A stretch of 63,691 bases of DNA, filler included, from Dicyema japonicum (taxonomy: Eukaryota > Animalia > Dicyemida), in the NCBI GenBank assembly GCA_011109175.1. It is 10 parts of 10 records of this genome, joined end to end, with 100 filler letters (N's around TTAATTAATTAA, not from the genome) between each part and the next. Parts side by side here need not be neighbours in the genome. Positions count along the whole stretch, not along the records: positions 7,763 to 14,678 come from RDEW01000119.1; positions 14,779 to 16,358 come from RDEW01000198.1; positions 16,459 to 27,805 come from RDEW01000089.1; 7 more parts are not named here. The stretch is one strand, 5' to 3'. Of this stretch, positions 12,089 through 23,590 are shown in pieces (position 1 is the first letter of the stretch; each line of letters starts with the position of its first letter). The notes under the pieces are model-generated. The model was not told the origin of the DNA. It searched no databases and was given only the letters and a program-made list of their open reading frames with translations. Position numbers and translations under genes: made by a program.

Positions 12089-13171
12089 CTGGACTCACAC
12101 ACTGCCTTTTTCCTCCTGAGGAACAGCATCCATCTGCCGAAACTTATCTTCACTCTCAGAAGCAATCCCTGTTTCTTGCAAATGGATCTACTCCTTGCAT
12201 ACGACGCCATTCTGAAAAAAGCTGCTGAATCCGTCCTCAACGTCCACCTCGATGCTCCGGGATGGGCCCAATGCTCGCTCCCGCTGAGATTCGGAGGTAC
12301 GGGAATCCGTACTGCATCCGATTTGGCACTTCTGGCGTATCTCTCCTCCCTTTCGATGTGCAACAACCTGGCCTCGGAGATCCTACTCAAACCTTTCGGA
12401 TCTTGCCTGGACGGTGCCTTGTCGGATGGGCTCGCTCCTTTTCTGAGAGGTCTGGAGATTTCTTCTCCCAACGTGCCTGGGACACTATCGCATGCCGAGC
12501 TCGTGTGTCTGAGCTCTCGGTAACCCTTAACGAACACCGCCTGGCTTGCCTCCGTGCGGCATCAGTCCTTCACTCTGGCAGCTGGCTGAATGCTCTCCCT
12601 CTGTCCAGTATCGGGACGTGGCTAGATGATGCTGCCATGCGGATTGGAATCGCTCACCGACTCAGTTGGACATTTTTGCTGAACACCGCTGCAGATGCGG
12701 TGAGACTGTTGACGAAAAGGGACTGCACCCACTTTCCTGCAGGAAGAGTGCAGGCAGGGCACACAGACACAAGGCCCTCAACGAAATCGTGAAGGCCGGC
12801 CTCGAATCAGCGGGCCATTCGTGCCTCCTCGAACCGGTCGGACTCGATCGGGGGGACGGCAAAAGGCCTGACGGGATGACAATATTCCCTTACTCGTCCG
12901 GGAGAGCCCTCGTGTGGGATGTAACTGTTGTCGATACGTTTTCAAAGTCGAGGATCGTCTCTTCCGCTGCGAACCCTCGTTCGGCTGCAAACCACGCCGA
13001 AAAGATAAAATTGCAAAAGTATTCAGCCCTTGCGGACCGCTACCGTGTTATGCCAATCGCCCTGGAGACCGCAGGAGCCGCGGGAAAGGAGACTCATTCG
13101 TTTCTTAACGAGGTCGGGCTGTCGATTGGTAGGAGGCTTAAANCGCACACTGCGTCCTTGCCGCTGGCATA
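12089..13171 (+). mobile_element. CRE-clade non-LTR retrotransposon 3' region
   Basis: SLPLRFGGTGI, HSGSWLNALP, CRCGETVDEKGLHPLSC, RHKALNEIV, GKRPDGMT, WDVTVVDT, KLQKY, ETAGA; ends AHCVLAAGI* after the single N at 13143. GC-rich relative to flanks. Confidence 0.9.
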
Positions 13172-13244
13172 TAACTTTCTTCTTTAAATCATATTGCCTC
13201 TAAAAAAACTAGTAAACTTTTATGAAGTCAATTTTTTGCATTTT

Positions 13245-13440
13245 AGGTCAACTCAGCTCATTTGCCAGCAAGTCGTATTTGTGGAACTGTTCCATTTTGA
13301 CCTGCTTGAGACAATTTTGTGGAGTGATCCTCACCTCGATAAGCGTAATTGTGTTGTTAGATTTGTCGTGGACAAAAATGTCGGGCTTGTTATTCGGGAT
13401 AGCATTATATAAAGTTCCATAATACTGATTTCGTATAGTT
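13245..13440 (-). mobile_element. R4-like RLE fragment
   Basis: IPNNKPDIFVHDKSNNTITLIEVRITPQNCLKQVKMEQFHKYDLLANELS. Confidence 0.75.
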
Positions 13441-13671
13441 CATAAATATTTTAAATAAAAAAATATTAAAAAATAAATAAATCATTAATGTCCAAAATTA
13501 GTGTTTTGCGAGTTTTGGGAAGGAACAAGGTGCTTATAAAATGTCTATCTAGTGATTTTTAAAATGTTGGTTTCACTCTTACTGTTTTCAACTACAGCTA
13601 TGCACAAAGGTAAATTTAATAATGAGGTTCGTTAGATTTGATGTTTTGGAAGAATAAAACGGATTTTTAAA

Positions 13672-14678
13672 ATGTTGGTTTCACTCTTACTGTTTTCAAC
13701 TACAGCTATGCACAAAGGTAAATTTAATAATGAGGTTCGTTAGATTTGATGTTTTGGAAGAATAAAACGATTACGAATGACCCAAATTGCTTTAATTTAA
13801 CTGGTAAGAATTTTTAGATGAAATATTATTTTCAGAAGTATACGAAGAAGTATATGCAAATCGCTATAAATTTGCAAAAAGGTTTTGTGGAAATACAGAA
13901 TATCACATTTACTACAATGGTTTGAAATTTTGCGAATATAATATAGAATTTCCATACGCAAATTTTTATATTCAAGAAAATGGAAACAAGAAGGCTTGCT
14001 TTGAAAGAAAACTTTATGGATATTCAATCGAGAGTCTAATATTAATGGTTGATATTTTGAAGTTATAATTTAAAGATGAGAAATGAACTTGATTATGGAT
14101 ATACTGTTCCCAACAAAACGGTCGATTTAGAAGATGTTAATGATTTTTCGTTCGCCTATTGGCTATTTTCAGATGGCGATGCTTTTTATTTTGGTATTTT
14201 ATTCAAGATTAAAATAGATTTTCCTTACGTTCTTAAAGAATTCGAAATAATTTACCATCAAAACAATTTTTTCGATTTCTACATAAAAACAAAAATAAAT
14301 GAATTTAGTTTGGCTCGTATTTGTATTAATTTTGATGACTACACACGTTGTGAAAATATCGAAAACAGTTGCACAGTTTTAATGTGATGTTTAGACACTG
14401 TTTCTATCGAATCATGGAATTCCAAATTAGAAAAACTATTTGTAACCCTGGAATTCGAACTAATCCACGGACCTACTGAATACTATTATATAAATAAATC
14501 CATTAAAAGAAGTGGAAAATATCTTCCAGAGAACGAAGATAATAAAACCCATTTATACAGGATCGAGTCAGATTGGGTTGAATGGGAAAAAAATATTAGT
14601 CTCCTAGAAAGAACGGAACCACATTGGATAAAAGTACCAAAGAAAAAAAATAAAATAGAAATAAAATGTTTGTTTGAT
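13672..14678 (+). CDS. Putative secreted protein of unknown family, 3'-open into a gap; introns 13718-13743 (26), 13804-13835 (32), 14048-14075 (28), 14368-14394 (27)
   Basis: Spliced frame MLVSLLLFSTTAMHK/DLMFWKNKTITNDPNCFNLT/EVYEEVYANRY...SIESLILM/MRNELDYG...CENIEN/NTVSIESWNSK...KCLFD is open for about 298 codons with consistent intron phases. Hydrophobic N-terminus. Exons 1-2 are duplicated 108 bp upstream. Confidence 0.7.
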
Positions 14679-16089
14679 NNNNNNNNNNNNNNNNNNNNNN
14701 NNNNNNNNNNNNNNNNNNNNNNTTAATTAATTAANNNNNNNNNNNNNNNNNNNNNNNNNNNNNNNNNNNNNNNNNNNNACACAACAAATCTTAGGGTCAC
14801 ATTCGACCATGGACTATCCTTCTCTTAGAATGTTCCCTCTTACGATTTGTATGGAAATGTGATCTCAACAAACCATCCTTCTCCTCGTCTGTGCTTCCTT
14901 TGCTGTCAACACTCCGATGGCGATTGGGTCATAGAAGAAAACGATTTGGTTCATAGAATTCTCAAGGTGAAAAAAAACTATCCTTTTAATGTCCCGTATT
15001 GTTTCAGTTTCGTCTCTCGCTGAGGTCGATCGTTAGTGAGGATTAAAAAGAAATCAGCATCTCCAAGTCAGTTATTTCCCACCTTTCCATTAAAAGAGTT
15101 GTCGGCCTTATTTTACCATGATTTTAATTTGATTTTTTACAAGTGATCTATCTCTCGAGTGACATAGTCTCTGACTTTTTTACCATTTGTAGGCTGATAT
15201 GTTTAATTTCGGAAAGATTCAAATGCTCGGTTAAGAGATATCTCATGTAAATATTATCCTCAGGATTTCAAAGGGACCGTCACGCGCGATTCTTTTTTTC
15301 AATGCCGTCATGGGTAAGCTTATCTACTTCACAGTTTCCCAAATCTTTATTTTCTAGCACGAGTTGACAAATTGCGTCATCCAAGGATCTATCCGCCCGN
15401 ACGAGTTGACAAATTGCGTCATCCAAGGATCTATCCGCCCGTTACTTTGTACCTTGAAATGATATATCTCTTGCTGTGTTGAAAAGATCGGTAGAAGAGG
15501 GACACTCCATGGATTCCTAGAAAAGGCATAAAAAACTTGACGATTTTCCTGATTAAAACATTCATGCATTGCGAGACTTGCACTTTCCAAATATCAGTTT
15601 TCTCCCAACAAAGTGCGACAACATCATGGGTCCCCTTCTCTTATTCGAATGAACTATTGGAACCAACGCCATAATTGAAGATATGACTTGTCCAAACCTC
15701 CAATAGCGATCATGTCAAACAAAAAACTAGGCAACAAGGATTCATCCAATGAAACGTTTTAAAAGAGTTCAAAAAATAATCCGTCTCTCTTCTTTCAAAC
15801 ACGTGGCCCTTTGTTATCAAGCATGCGACCCGCACAAATGATTGTCATATAGTCTACGACATTGGGTCGGACCGCTCATTAAAATGGGACACAAGAGAAA
15901 TCCAGTGGATTTCTGTCAATGGCGTCTAATTGACAGGTCGCGGTTAAAAGCGTTCTACGTGGTCAGAAGACATTCACACGCTTTAACTTTACGCTCGCTT
16001 TTATATATGAACACTCCAATTCAGTCAGCTGCTAAAAGGCATGAATAATCAGTTCATGGATGTTCCATTCTATACAGCAGTCCGTTGGT

Positions 16090-16358
16090 TGTGACACACA
16101 AAGTACTCACGATTTTATTTGCTAAGACCAGAAATCGCTTTATTTGTGAGATGAAAGGTAAAACACAGATGAAATAAAAGATGAAAATTGGATCCAGGAT
16201 CTAGGTTCGCAGTAGACATTACTGCATATTTGAGGGTTTGAATTTGAAATTACAAGCCAAAAACAAATCATCACTCACATGTATGACAACATCATCACAA
16301 AACTAAGTTTATAGAAGTCACATGGAAATTTTGTTGTACAAAAAATTATCATGAAAAA
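16090..16358 (+). mobile_element. Buster-group hAT transposase fragment (GTF2IRD2/SPIN-like)
   Basis: DEIKDENWIQDL.FAVDITAYL..LNLKLQAKNK...MYDN. Confidence 0.6.
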
Positions 16359-16458
16359 NNNNNNNNNNNNNNNNNNNNNNNNNNNNNNNNNNNNNNNNNN
16401 NNTTAATTAATTAANNNNNNNNNNNNNNNNNNNNNNNNNNNNNNNNNNNNNNNNNNNN

Positions 16459-16645
16459 GAAGCATGTCCTGGGTCTGAAGCAGAAGCAACCAAATTAGAC
16501 GGGGAATAAGTATCAACACACGTCGCGTCCCAGATCAGGTTTCGTCCGTTGGCGAATGGAAAAGTCGTCATTCCATCAGGGCGTTTTCCATCGTTTCGGG
16601 AAAGACCAGCAGGTTCTAACAGGCAATGGTGTCCAGCAGATTTGA
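16459..16645 (-). mobile_element. CRE-like RLE fragment
   Basis: SAGHHCLLEPAGLSRNDGKRPDGMTTFPFANGRNLIWDATCVDTYS. Confidence 0.8.
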
Positions 16646-17984
16646 TAAATTAAATTGAAAAAAATTTTTTTTGATTTTTTTAAGTCCAGTGAAGAGTATA
16701 ATAGGAATTGTGATTTTGCTCATTTGGGGATTGAGCAGATTAGATTATTCAGGAATTTGGGTTTCGATATTTCTAGCTTTATTATAATGTTTTCTTGTTA
16801 ACCAACTGATTGGGGGTCAATTGACATTCATCCTGATACCATTGAGTGGTTACAACTCATTTCGATTAGTCACCTTGTTGCGATGATCACCACAAACTGG
16901 TTTTTGCTTCATCTGATAATATGTTAATATTTTTGAACGATTCTGTAAACAATCGAAGCTTGATTTGCCCACCTCAGTAAGAGATTCACGATTTAAGGTC
17001 CTCTCCCAAATTCGATGCCGGTTAGGAGCTTCCAAATAAGTCATGATCAGTCACTCTGAATAGTTGGTCATCTGTAAACTAAATAAACGTCCGTATGCCC
17101 TCATTACAGAAAATAAGTTATCCAATACGTACACTGTACGTCGTAGGGCTTACAATAACATGATAATCTCCTAAATAGGTTGCGAGAAAGAAGTAGCTCT
17201 GTTCGGTACACTCGGCGTCAGCTAATCTCTGGTTTAGTCAATAAAATTAAAGGTCATTNAGACGGTTAGGAGCTTCCAAATAAGTCATGATCAGTCTCTC
17301 TGAATAGTTGGTCATCTGTAAACTTAATAAACGTCCGTATGCCCTCATCACAGAAAATAAGTTGTCCAATACGTACACTGTACGTCGTAGGGCTTACGAT
17401 AACATGATAATCTCCTAAATAGGTAGAGAAAGAAGTAGCTCTGTTCGGTACATTCGGCGTCAGCTAATCTCTGGTTTAGTCAATAAAATCAAAGATCATT
17501 TTAACCACAAGATCGAAAGTTAATTTTTTAACCATTACTAACTTGAGGAACAGTCCCCTGTGGTCTCTAATCTTTTTGATGACAAAAACCTCATTTTTCA
17601 TTTATTTTAGAATTTTGCTTAAAAGTGTAATATAATTCAGGGAACAAAATCCTAAATGAAAACGACTATTATGACGAATTTGAAAATTTATACGATATTT
17701 GTTCAAAGTATTTAATTCTCGTTAGAATAAATTATTTAATTAAATTTTNGACAAAATTTCATTTTTCATTTATTTTAGAATTTTGCTTACAGTGTAATAT
17801 AATTCATGGAACAAAATCCCTGAAAATAACTATTATGACGAATTTGAAAATTTATACGATATTTTTTCAAAGTATTTAATTCTCGTTAGAATAAATTATT
17901 TAATTAAATTTTATTAATATTTAAAAATAAATAAATATTTAAAAAATAATAAAGTAAATAAAATCGTTAAAATTGTCAATCAAA

Positions 17985-18276
17985 ATGTTATCTTTATGTT
18001 ACTCGACAATAATACTAATTTCCATAATAACCAACTCTCCAATAGAACAACCTCACAATTCCACAAACAAGACAGAAGCCAACTATCTATATATAGAAGG
18101 TACGTCCCCTAAATATCGTAGACATGCCGCTGTATGACGAACATGGGAAGATGATCTATACGGGGTACACGTACAGAGAGAACCCTAATATGCTACCCTT
18201 CTTAATCCTCGGACTGATTATCGTGGTGGGTACCCTTGTTTATTTGGTTACCTTCTACATCCGTAATACTGTATGA
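17985..18276 (+). CDS. 89-aa putative type I membrane microprotein; 22-nt intron 18100-18121
   Basis: MLSLCYSTIILISIITNSPIEQPHNSTNKTEANYLYIE/DMPLYDEHGKMIYTGYTYRENPNMLPFLILGLIIVVGTLVYLVTFYIRNTV*. Signal-like N-terminus, two N-glycosylation sequons, C-terminal hydrophobic helix. Intron GTACGT..CGTAG, phase 1. Confidence 0.75.
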
Positions 18277-18421
18277 TTTTTGCTTACTTGTGTAGAAAAC
18301 ACAAGTAACTGAGATATACATGTAAATTACACTTTAATTGATTGAATTAATTTAAATATTTATTGATTATTGAATAAATTATAATAATAAATAAATAATT
18401 TATATTATAATTAAGGAAAAT

Positions 18422-19825
18422 TTATGTTGGGGAGACTGTAAGTAGACCTCCTCCGCGTCCTCCCTGACGATCTTTACTGATCACTGTGTATCCAGGAAAA
18501 GAAAGTGTTGGTATGGAGGGAAATAGCTTAGACTTCTGTATTAAAGCGAGGTCAGCCTCATTTTCGCGGAGGAGTGCCCGGAGTTCAAAGATTTTCTTCC
18601 TGATCCCATTCGTATTCAGTTGTATAATTGTAAAACAGAGCTTTTCAAAAAATAATTCTCGCGGCAAACTAATCGTAAAAAAAATAATCCACGGCACACA
18701 TTAAAAAATAAAAAAATTAAATTTTTAAGATGTGTAAAACTAAGTACAAAAATTGGTAATTTAATGCCCAAATTTTTATTAATAAAAAAAATGAATTCTT
18801 AATTATTATTGTTTTTGCATATATCATCAATATCAGGTCGAATGGTTGACAAAGGCACTCTCATTTCAGCACAAATCGGACGAGAAACAGTATTATCTGA
18901 CAAAGGTATCTTCATTATTTTTTGTTCATATTTATGACCAAACATAGTCCGAGCAATAATACGACAAGCAGGGATTATCAAGTTTTCGCCAATAATGTGA
19001 GGTTTTAGTTGTTTTGCTATCACTTCTGAGATCAGGTATGAACATTTCAATGATTCCTTTGTGTTTAAAAAAGTTTCACTGAACATCAGATCTACGATTC
19101 ATAGTAAAAACTAAATAATACTTAAGTTGTTTTTTTCAAATGGATAAAATAATCCACAGATTTTTCGGAATAGTCCGGATGTTTGGAAGTAAAATGTCTC
19201 TTTAGTTTGCTAGGAACCATAGCATCACTTTCCAAAACTTCCATGCAAATTAGACATTGAGGTAGTTTATTTTTATCTTTGCATAAAAATCCAAATGACA
19301 AATAAGAATCTTTATAAGAACGACGAACTGATTTACCCATAAGCACGTTGATGCGCACGTTATTAAAAAATTAATGAATAATGGTTAACCAATGTAAATG
19401 TCATTTAATGTATAATAAAAAATAATTATTTTAATTTTAGTAATTATTTTAATTCGTTTATCTTTTTAAATTAATTAGGTCAAAAATGTATACAAATTTA
19501 TTCAAATTTGTATTTGGCAGGCGGCACACTAGAAATTGTCTTGCGGCACACTTTCGTTTATCTTTTTAAATTAATTAGGTCAAAAATGTATACAAATTTA
19601 TTCAAATTTGTATTTGGCAGGCGGCACACTAGAAATTGTCTTGCGGCACACTTAGTGTGCCGCGGCACACCGTTTGACAACCTCTGTTGTAAAACCTCTC
19701 CATGGACCAGGATTGGCTTCGACGTCTCCACATAGAAAAATCAAAAGTCTGGACAAATAGGGACACCAGTCAGGGTCGAAGAGACAGGAGATGAAAGGAC
19801 CACCGGATGGTGGGGAGAAGCTGTT
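18422..19825 (-). mobile_element. APE-type LINE fragment with a 2A-like peptide, split by a Buster insertion
   Basis: After removing 18636-19686 and one TSD: LSRLLIFLCGDVEANPGPWRGFTIIQLNTNGIRKKIFEL...LALIQKSKL...FPGYTVISKDRQGGRGGGLL. Confidence 0.85.
18636..19686 (-). mobile_element. Complete internally deleted hAT-Buster transposon (1051 bp) with 8-bp TSD TTGTAAAA
   Basis: TSD at 18628-18635 and 19687-19694. Termini CAGAGCTTTTCAAA / CAGAGGTTGTCAAAC. BED finger PQCLICMEVL...KLKRHFTSKH and ZBED5/Charlie-type PLSDNTVSR. Confidence 0.9.
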
Positions 19826-19826
19826 N

Positions 19827-19917
19827 AGGTCAAAAATGTATATAAATTTATTCAAATTTGTATTTGGCAGGCGGCACACTAGAAATTGTCTTGCGGCACA
19901 CCGTTTGACAACCTCTG
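19827..19917 (-). mobile_element. Second Buster left end with a different flank (AGTTAGCG)
   Basis: Same terminal sequence as the 19686 end, at a contig start after a single N. Confidence 0.75.
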
Positions 19918-20058
19918 AGTTAGCGGGAAATATTAAATTTAACTAAAAAATACCATATATTTATTATTGTGCAAAAAAGTGAACCGAAATTAAAATTATT
20001 TCCAAAGACGAAGGGTAACCAAAACTAACTCATCGATCCTGACTCGTTCCAGCATTCN

Positions 20059-20150
20059 GGCAGATGCTTGGTTGCAAGGTCCTCGTTATTCCAATAGTAA
20101 TGACGTGGGAAGGAATTGCAACAAAGTACCACAAGGGTTATCTAAACAGT
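20059..20150 (+). mobile_element. Near-identical 92-bp copy of the R4 element segment at about 3685-3777
   Basis: Direct nucleotide match GGCAGATGCTTGGTTGCAAGGTCCTCG...CACAAGGGTTATCT. Confidence 0.8.
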
Positions 20151-21599
20151 TAGCGGGAAATATTAATTTTAACTAAAAAATACCATATATTTATTATTGT
20201 GCAAAAAAGTGAACCGAAATTAAAATTATTTCCAAAGACGAATGGCAACCAAAACTAACTCATCAATCCTGACTCGTTCCAACATCCCAGAATTTGTCAC
20301 CAGGTAACGACGTTGTCCCGGGAAAAAATTGTTGGATCCCTTTGATGCTAATCAGGTATTGGGCGTCATCCGTAAGGTGGATTCAGTGACGCCATCGGAA
20401 GGAAGGAAAATAATTTTGACAAACTACCCACATAGCGCCACGCGTTTAAAAAAAATAAATTAAATAATTAATAAATAAAAAATAATAAATTATTGACTGT
20501 TAATTATTTATTTACATAAAAGTTGTGTAACATTCAATATAAATACTCACTTTAAGCAAGCAACGATCATCTTGTGTTACCATCAATCATGCAGATCAAT
20601 ACTTTCAAATTTCACTAGTAAACAGAAATCAGCTAAAATCCGAACATTTTTTATCATCGAAAATTCATTTTTTAATATTCGCGTATCTACGTCCAAAATA
20701 ATGGGGTTAACAATCCACAACAAGCATTCTTCGGTCTCCTACATTTAATTCAACGTCCCCACTAAGATATTATCCTTTAAATTTATGGAACATGACTGCT
20801 TATTTCAGGAAATATTATCGACACAACGACTTTTAAGACGTTTTACCTAATAAACATATTCTAAGATCAAATCAACTCTCGTGATTGCACACGTGTCACT
20901 TTTGAGCCCATAACAAGTTAATTTGCATATGTCCAAAGCTATGTGGGGGAACTAATTTGAGTGTTGCCTTTTTGCCTGGACACTTCACGGGGACCTTTCC
21001 GCTGTTTCAGAGTTTGACGTAAAAGTTTTGACTTTGAATCATCGTACTGTAAGAATAGACTGTGTAATGTTTGGATAATATAAATTATATCACTGACATA
21101 ATAGTTAATAATATTCTACAATAAAAAACATTAGTTTTCTCAGATGGCCGTCAATTTCACTAATATCAGTCACATCTACATTCAAAACATACTACAAGAT
21201 TTCTTACATTATTTTTCAAATTATTTTTTTATTAAAAATATTTGCAATGATATAGGGAAATTCGTGTTTAAATTAAATTTTAATTTATTTTTTATTTATA
21301 CATCTACATTCAAAACATACTACAAGATTTCTTACATTATTTTTCAAATTATTTTTTTATTAAAAATATTTGCAATGATATAGGGAAATTCGTGTTTAAA
21401 TTAAATTTTAATTTATTTTTTATTTATTTTATTTATGATTTTATTTATTTTATTAATAAAATATGTAGCAATTTTTGTTAGTCTCTTTGTACTGAAAAAT
21501 CAATAGGTTCCCATATTCGACCATTCTGTTATGGATGTTTCAGTGTTATTATTATTATCGACATCTCCGAGAACACATAAAAACAAAAAGTCCGCACCA

Positions 21600-21950
21600 G
21601 GGATCTTTTGTACCAGTTTCATCCAATATCCTCTTTTTTCGCAAGTTCTCTTAGTTCATCGAGTTTTCTGTCGATGCCTTTTGAGTCTTCATTTAACACA
21701 GATGGTAAAGTTGTCCTGGGCCTTTCTCGGAATAATCTTCTTTATTCCATGAAATATTTCTCTATCAAACGATTTGCTGCTACGTCCAAGTTTATTCTCA
21801 AAATTCGACCGACTGTCTTCATCTCAGTAGGATTTCGATTTTATTTATTATTCCATGAAATATTTCTCTATCAAACGATTTGCTGCTACGTCCAAGTTTA
21901 TTCTCAAAATTCGACCGACTGTCTTCATCTCAGTAGGATCTCGATTTTAT
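21600..21950 (-). mobile_element. RTE-like LINE 3' fragment
   Basis: AANRLIEKYFME*RRLFRERPRTTLPSVLNED parallels the 41.6 kb and 63.4 kb RTE ends. Contains a local duplication. Confidence 0.55.
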
Positions 21951-22289
21951 TTACATGTGATTATTTAAAAAAACATTTTTAAAGTATTTGGGCATTTACT
22001 TACCACTAGATTTTAAATATTAATAAATTTGGTAAAAAATTATAAACGTTACACTAACGGAGTGCGACATTATTCACATTTTAGCGTCTTTACTAGAGGG
22101 ATATTTTGGCTTTAAAAATTTTAAATTTTGATTTTTTTGAATTTATAAAAAATTTATCTAAAAAAACGCTTTCAGATTGAAAATTTCAATTTTTAGATAT
22201 TTTTGCAATAAAAAAACCTTCATTGAATATATCATCATGCAGAGTAGGATTTTTCAAATACTAGTATTTGCATGGAGAAATATGCTGTT

Positions 22290-22620
22290 TTTCCATTTTT
22301 AATAGAAAAGGACCTAGATCTTGTGCGAGGACTGAATTGTAACGGATTCGATGTAGGACACGATGAAGTTTATGGAAAATACCACCTAAAGTTACTACGG
22401 TCTGAATGCCGACACTATGGACTGGGATTTTCAGTCCGAGCTTCTTTGAGAAAGCGAGAGTTCAAAGTGTGGGGTGTAATGGTCGTATTGAGATTCCTCA
22501 AATCAGACTAAATCCGACAGGGAATAAACTGTAGACTATTATCGACGTATATGCACCCTATACCGGGAGAATATTGGATACCTTTGATAAAATGGAAGGC
22601 GAGCACGACGACGAAAGGGG
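22290..22620 (+). mobile_element. RTE-like APE fragment (explains ORF 22272-22511)
   Basis: RHYGLGFSV...VLRFL then TIIDVYAP. Confidence 0.45.
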
Positions 22621-22749
22621 TGGATAAGGCTAACGGCAAAAAATAATCGAAAAACATGGCACAAGCGAGACCATAAAGAGTGTTTACTGATAACGCGGAT
22701 GTGCTTTAACCAACTCACTAACAAAATTTTTACAATAATATTCAATTTC

Positions 22750-23590
22750 AAGACAATTTCCCCTCTGACCAGAATTATTTTGGGTGGATAGCCAATTTCA
22801 ATAAAATTTTTTCTGTTTTTTATAAAAGAAATTTATTAGTGTTTCAAATATTTATATCGATTTCCTATATCAAACCAATTTTTTTCAACCCTATAATAAA
22901 TGCATGTAAAAACTCAAAAATAGCTTCGGTAAAGTTACCTTGTCATAAATTTTCTACACTTTTGCATAGAAGAAAGTAAAACGATATCAAATACCCTCAG
23001 ACAAGTTTTGTAANAATAATATTCAATTTCAAGACAATTTCCCCTCTGACCAGAATTATTTTGGGTGGATAGCCAATTTCAATAAATTTTTTCTGTTTTT
23101 TATAAAAGAAATTTATTAGTGTTTCAAATATTTATATCGATTTCCTATATCAAACCAATTTTTTTCAATCCTATAATGAATGCATGTAAAAACTCAAAAA
23201 TAGCTTCGGTAAAGTTACCTTTGGAATAAATTTTCTACACTTTTGCATAGAAGAAAGTAAAACGACATCCAGTACCCTCAGACAAGTTTTGTAAACTTTA
23301 ATGTTCAGCCTATTCAAAAAAAATCATATTCGAGTAAGCATTAGTGACCTCATTGATCCTAGAGTCGGTGGGTGGAATGAGAAAATCAGATATTTTTACA
23401 GTAGCACCTGTGAAATAGTAATAAAACCTGTTAGTTTGAAATGCTTGTTGAACGAAAAATTCAGTATAAAGCTGTTGTTAAAAAAATCCGTGAGTTGATA
23501 GAAAATTCACCAGGATATTTTCTAATAACAGTTTTATTTTTTCAAAGACCTTCCTGATTTGAATGCGGCACAACAATTGATGTGACACGT
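22750..23590 (+). repeat. Unclassified dispersed repeat, also at 58720-59118; internally duplicated across the N at 23014
   Basis: Shared blocks AATGCAT.TAAAAACTCAAAAA.AGCTTCGGTAA, TAAGCATTAGTGACCTCATTGATC and GACCTTCCTGATTTGAATGCGG. Confidence 0.6.

Noticed and set aside
13804-13817. A 14-nt intron (record-small) that also preserves frame
   Set aside because: The same donor with the TTTTCAG acceptor at 13835 gives a 32-nt intron in the same phase, within the size range of the others. Only RNA-seq could rescue the 14-nt form.
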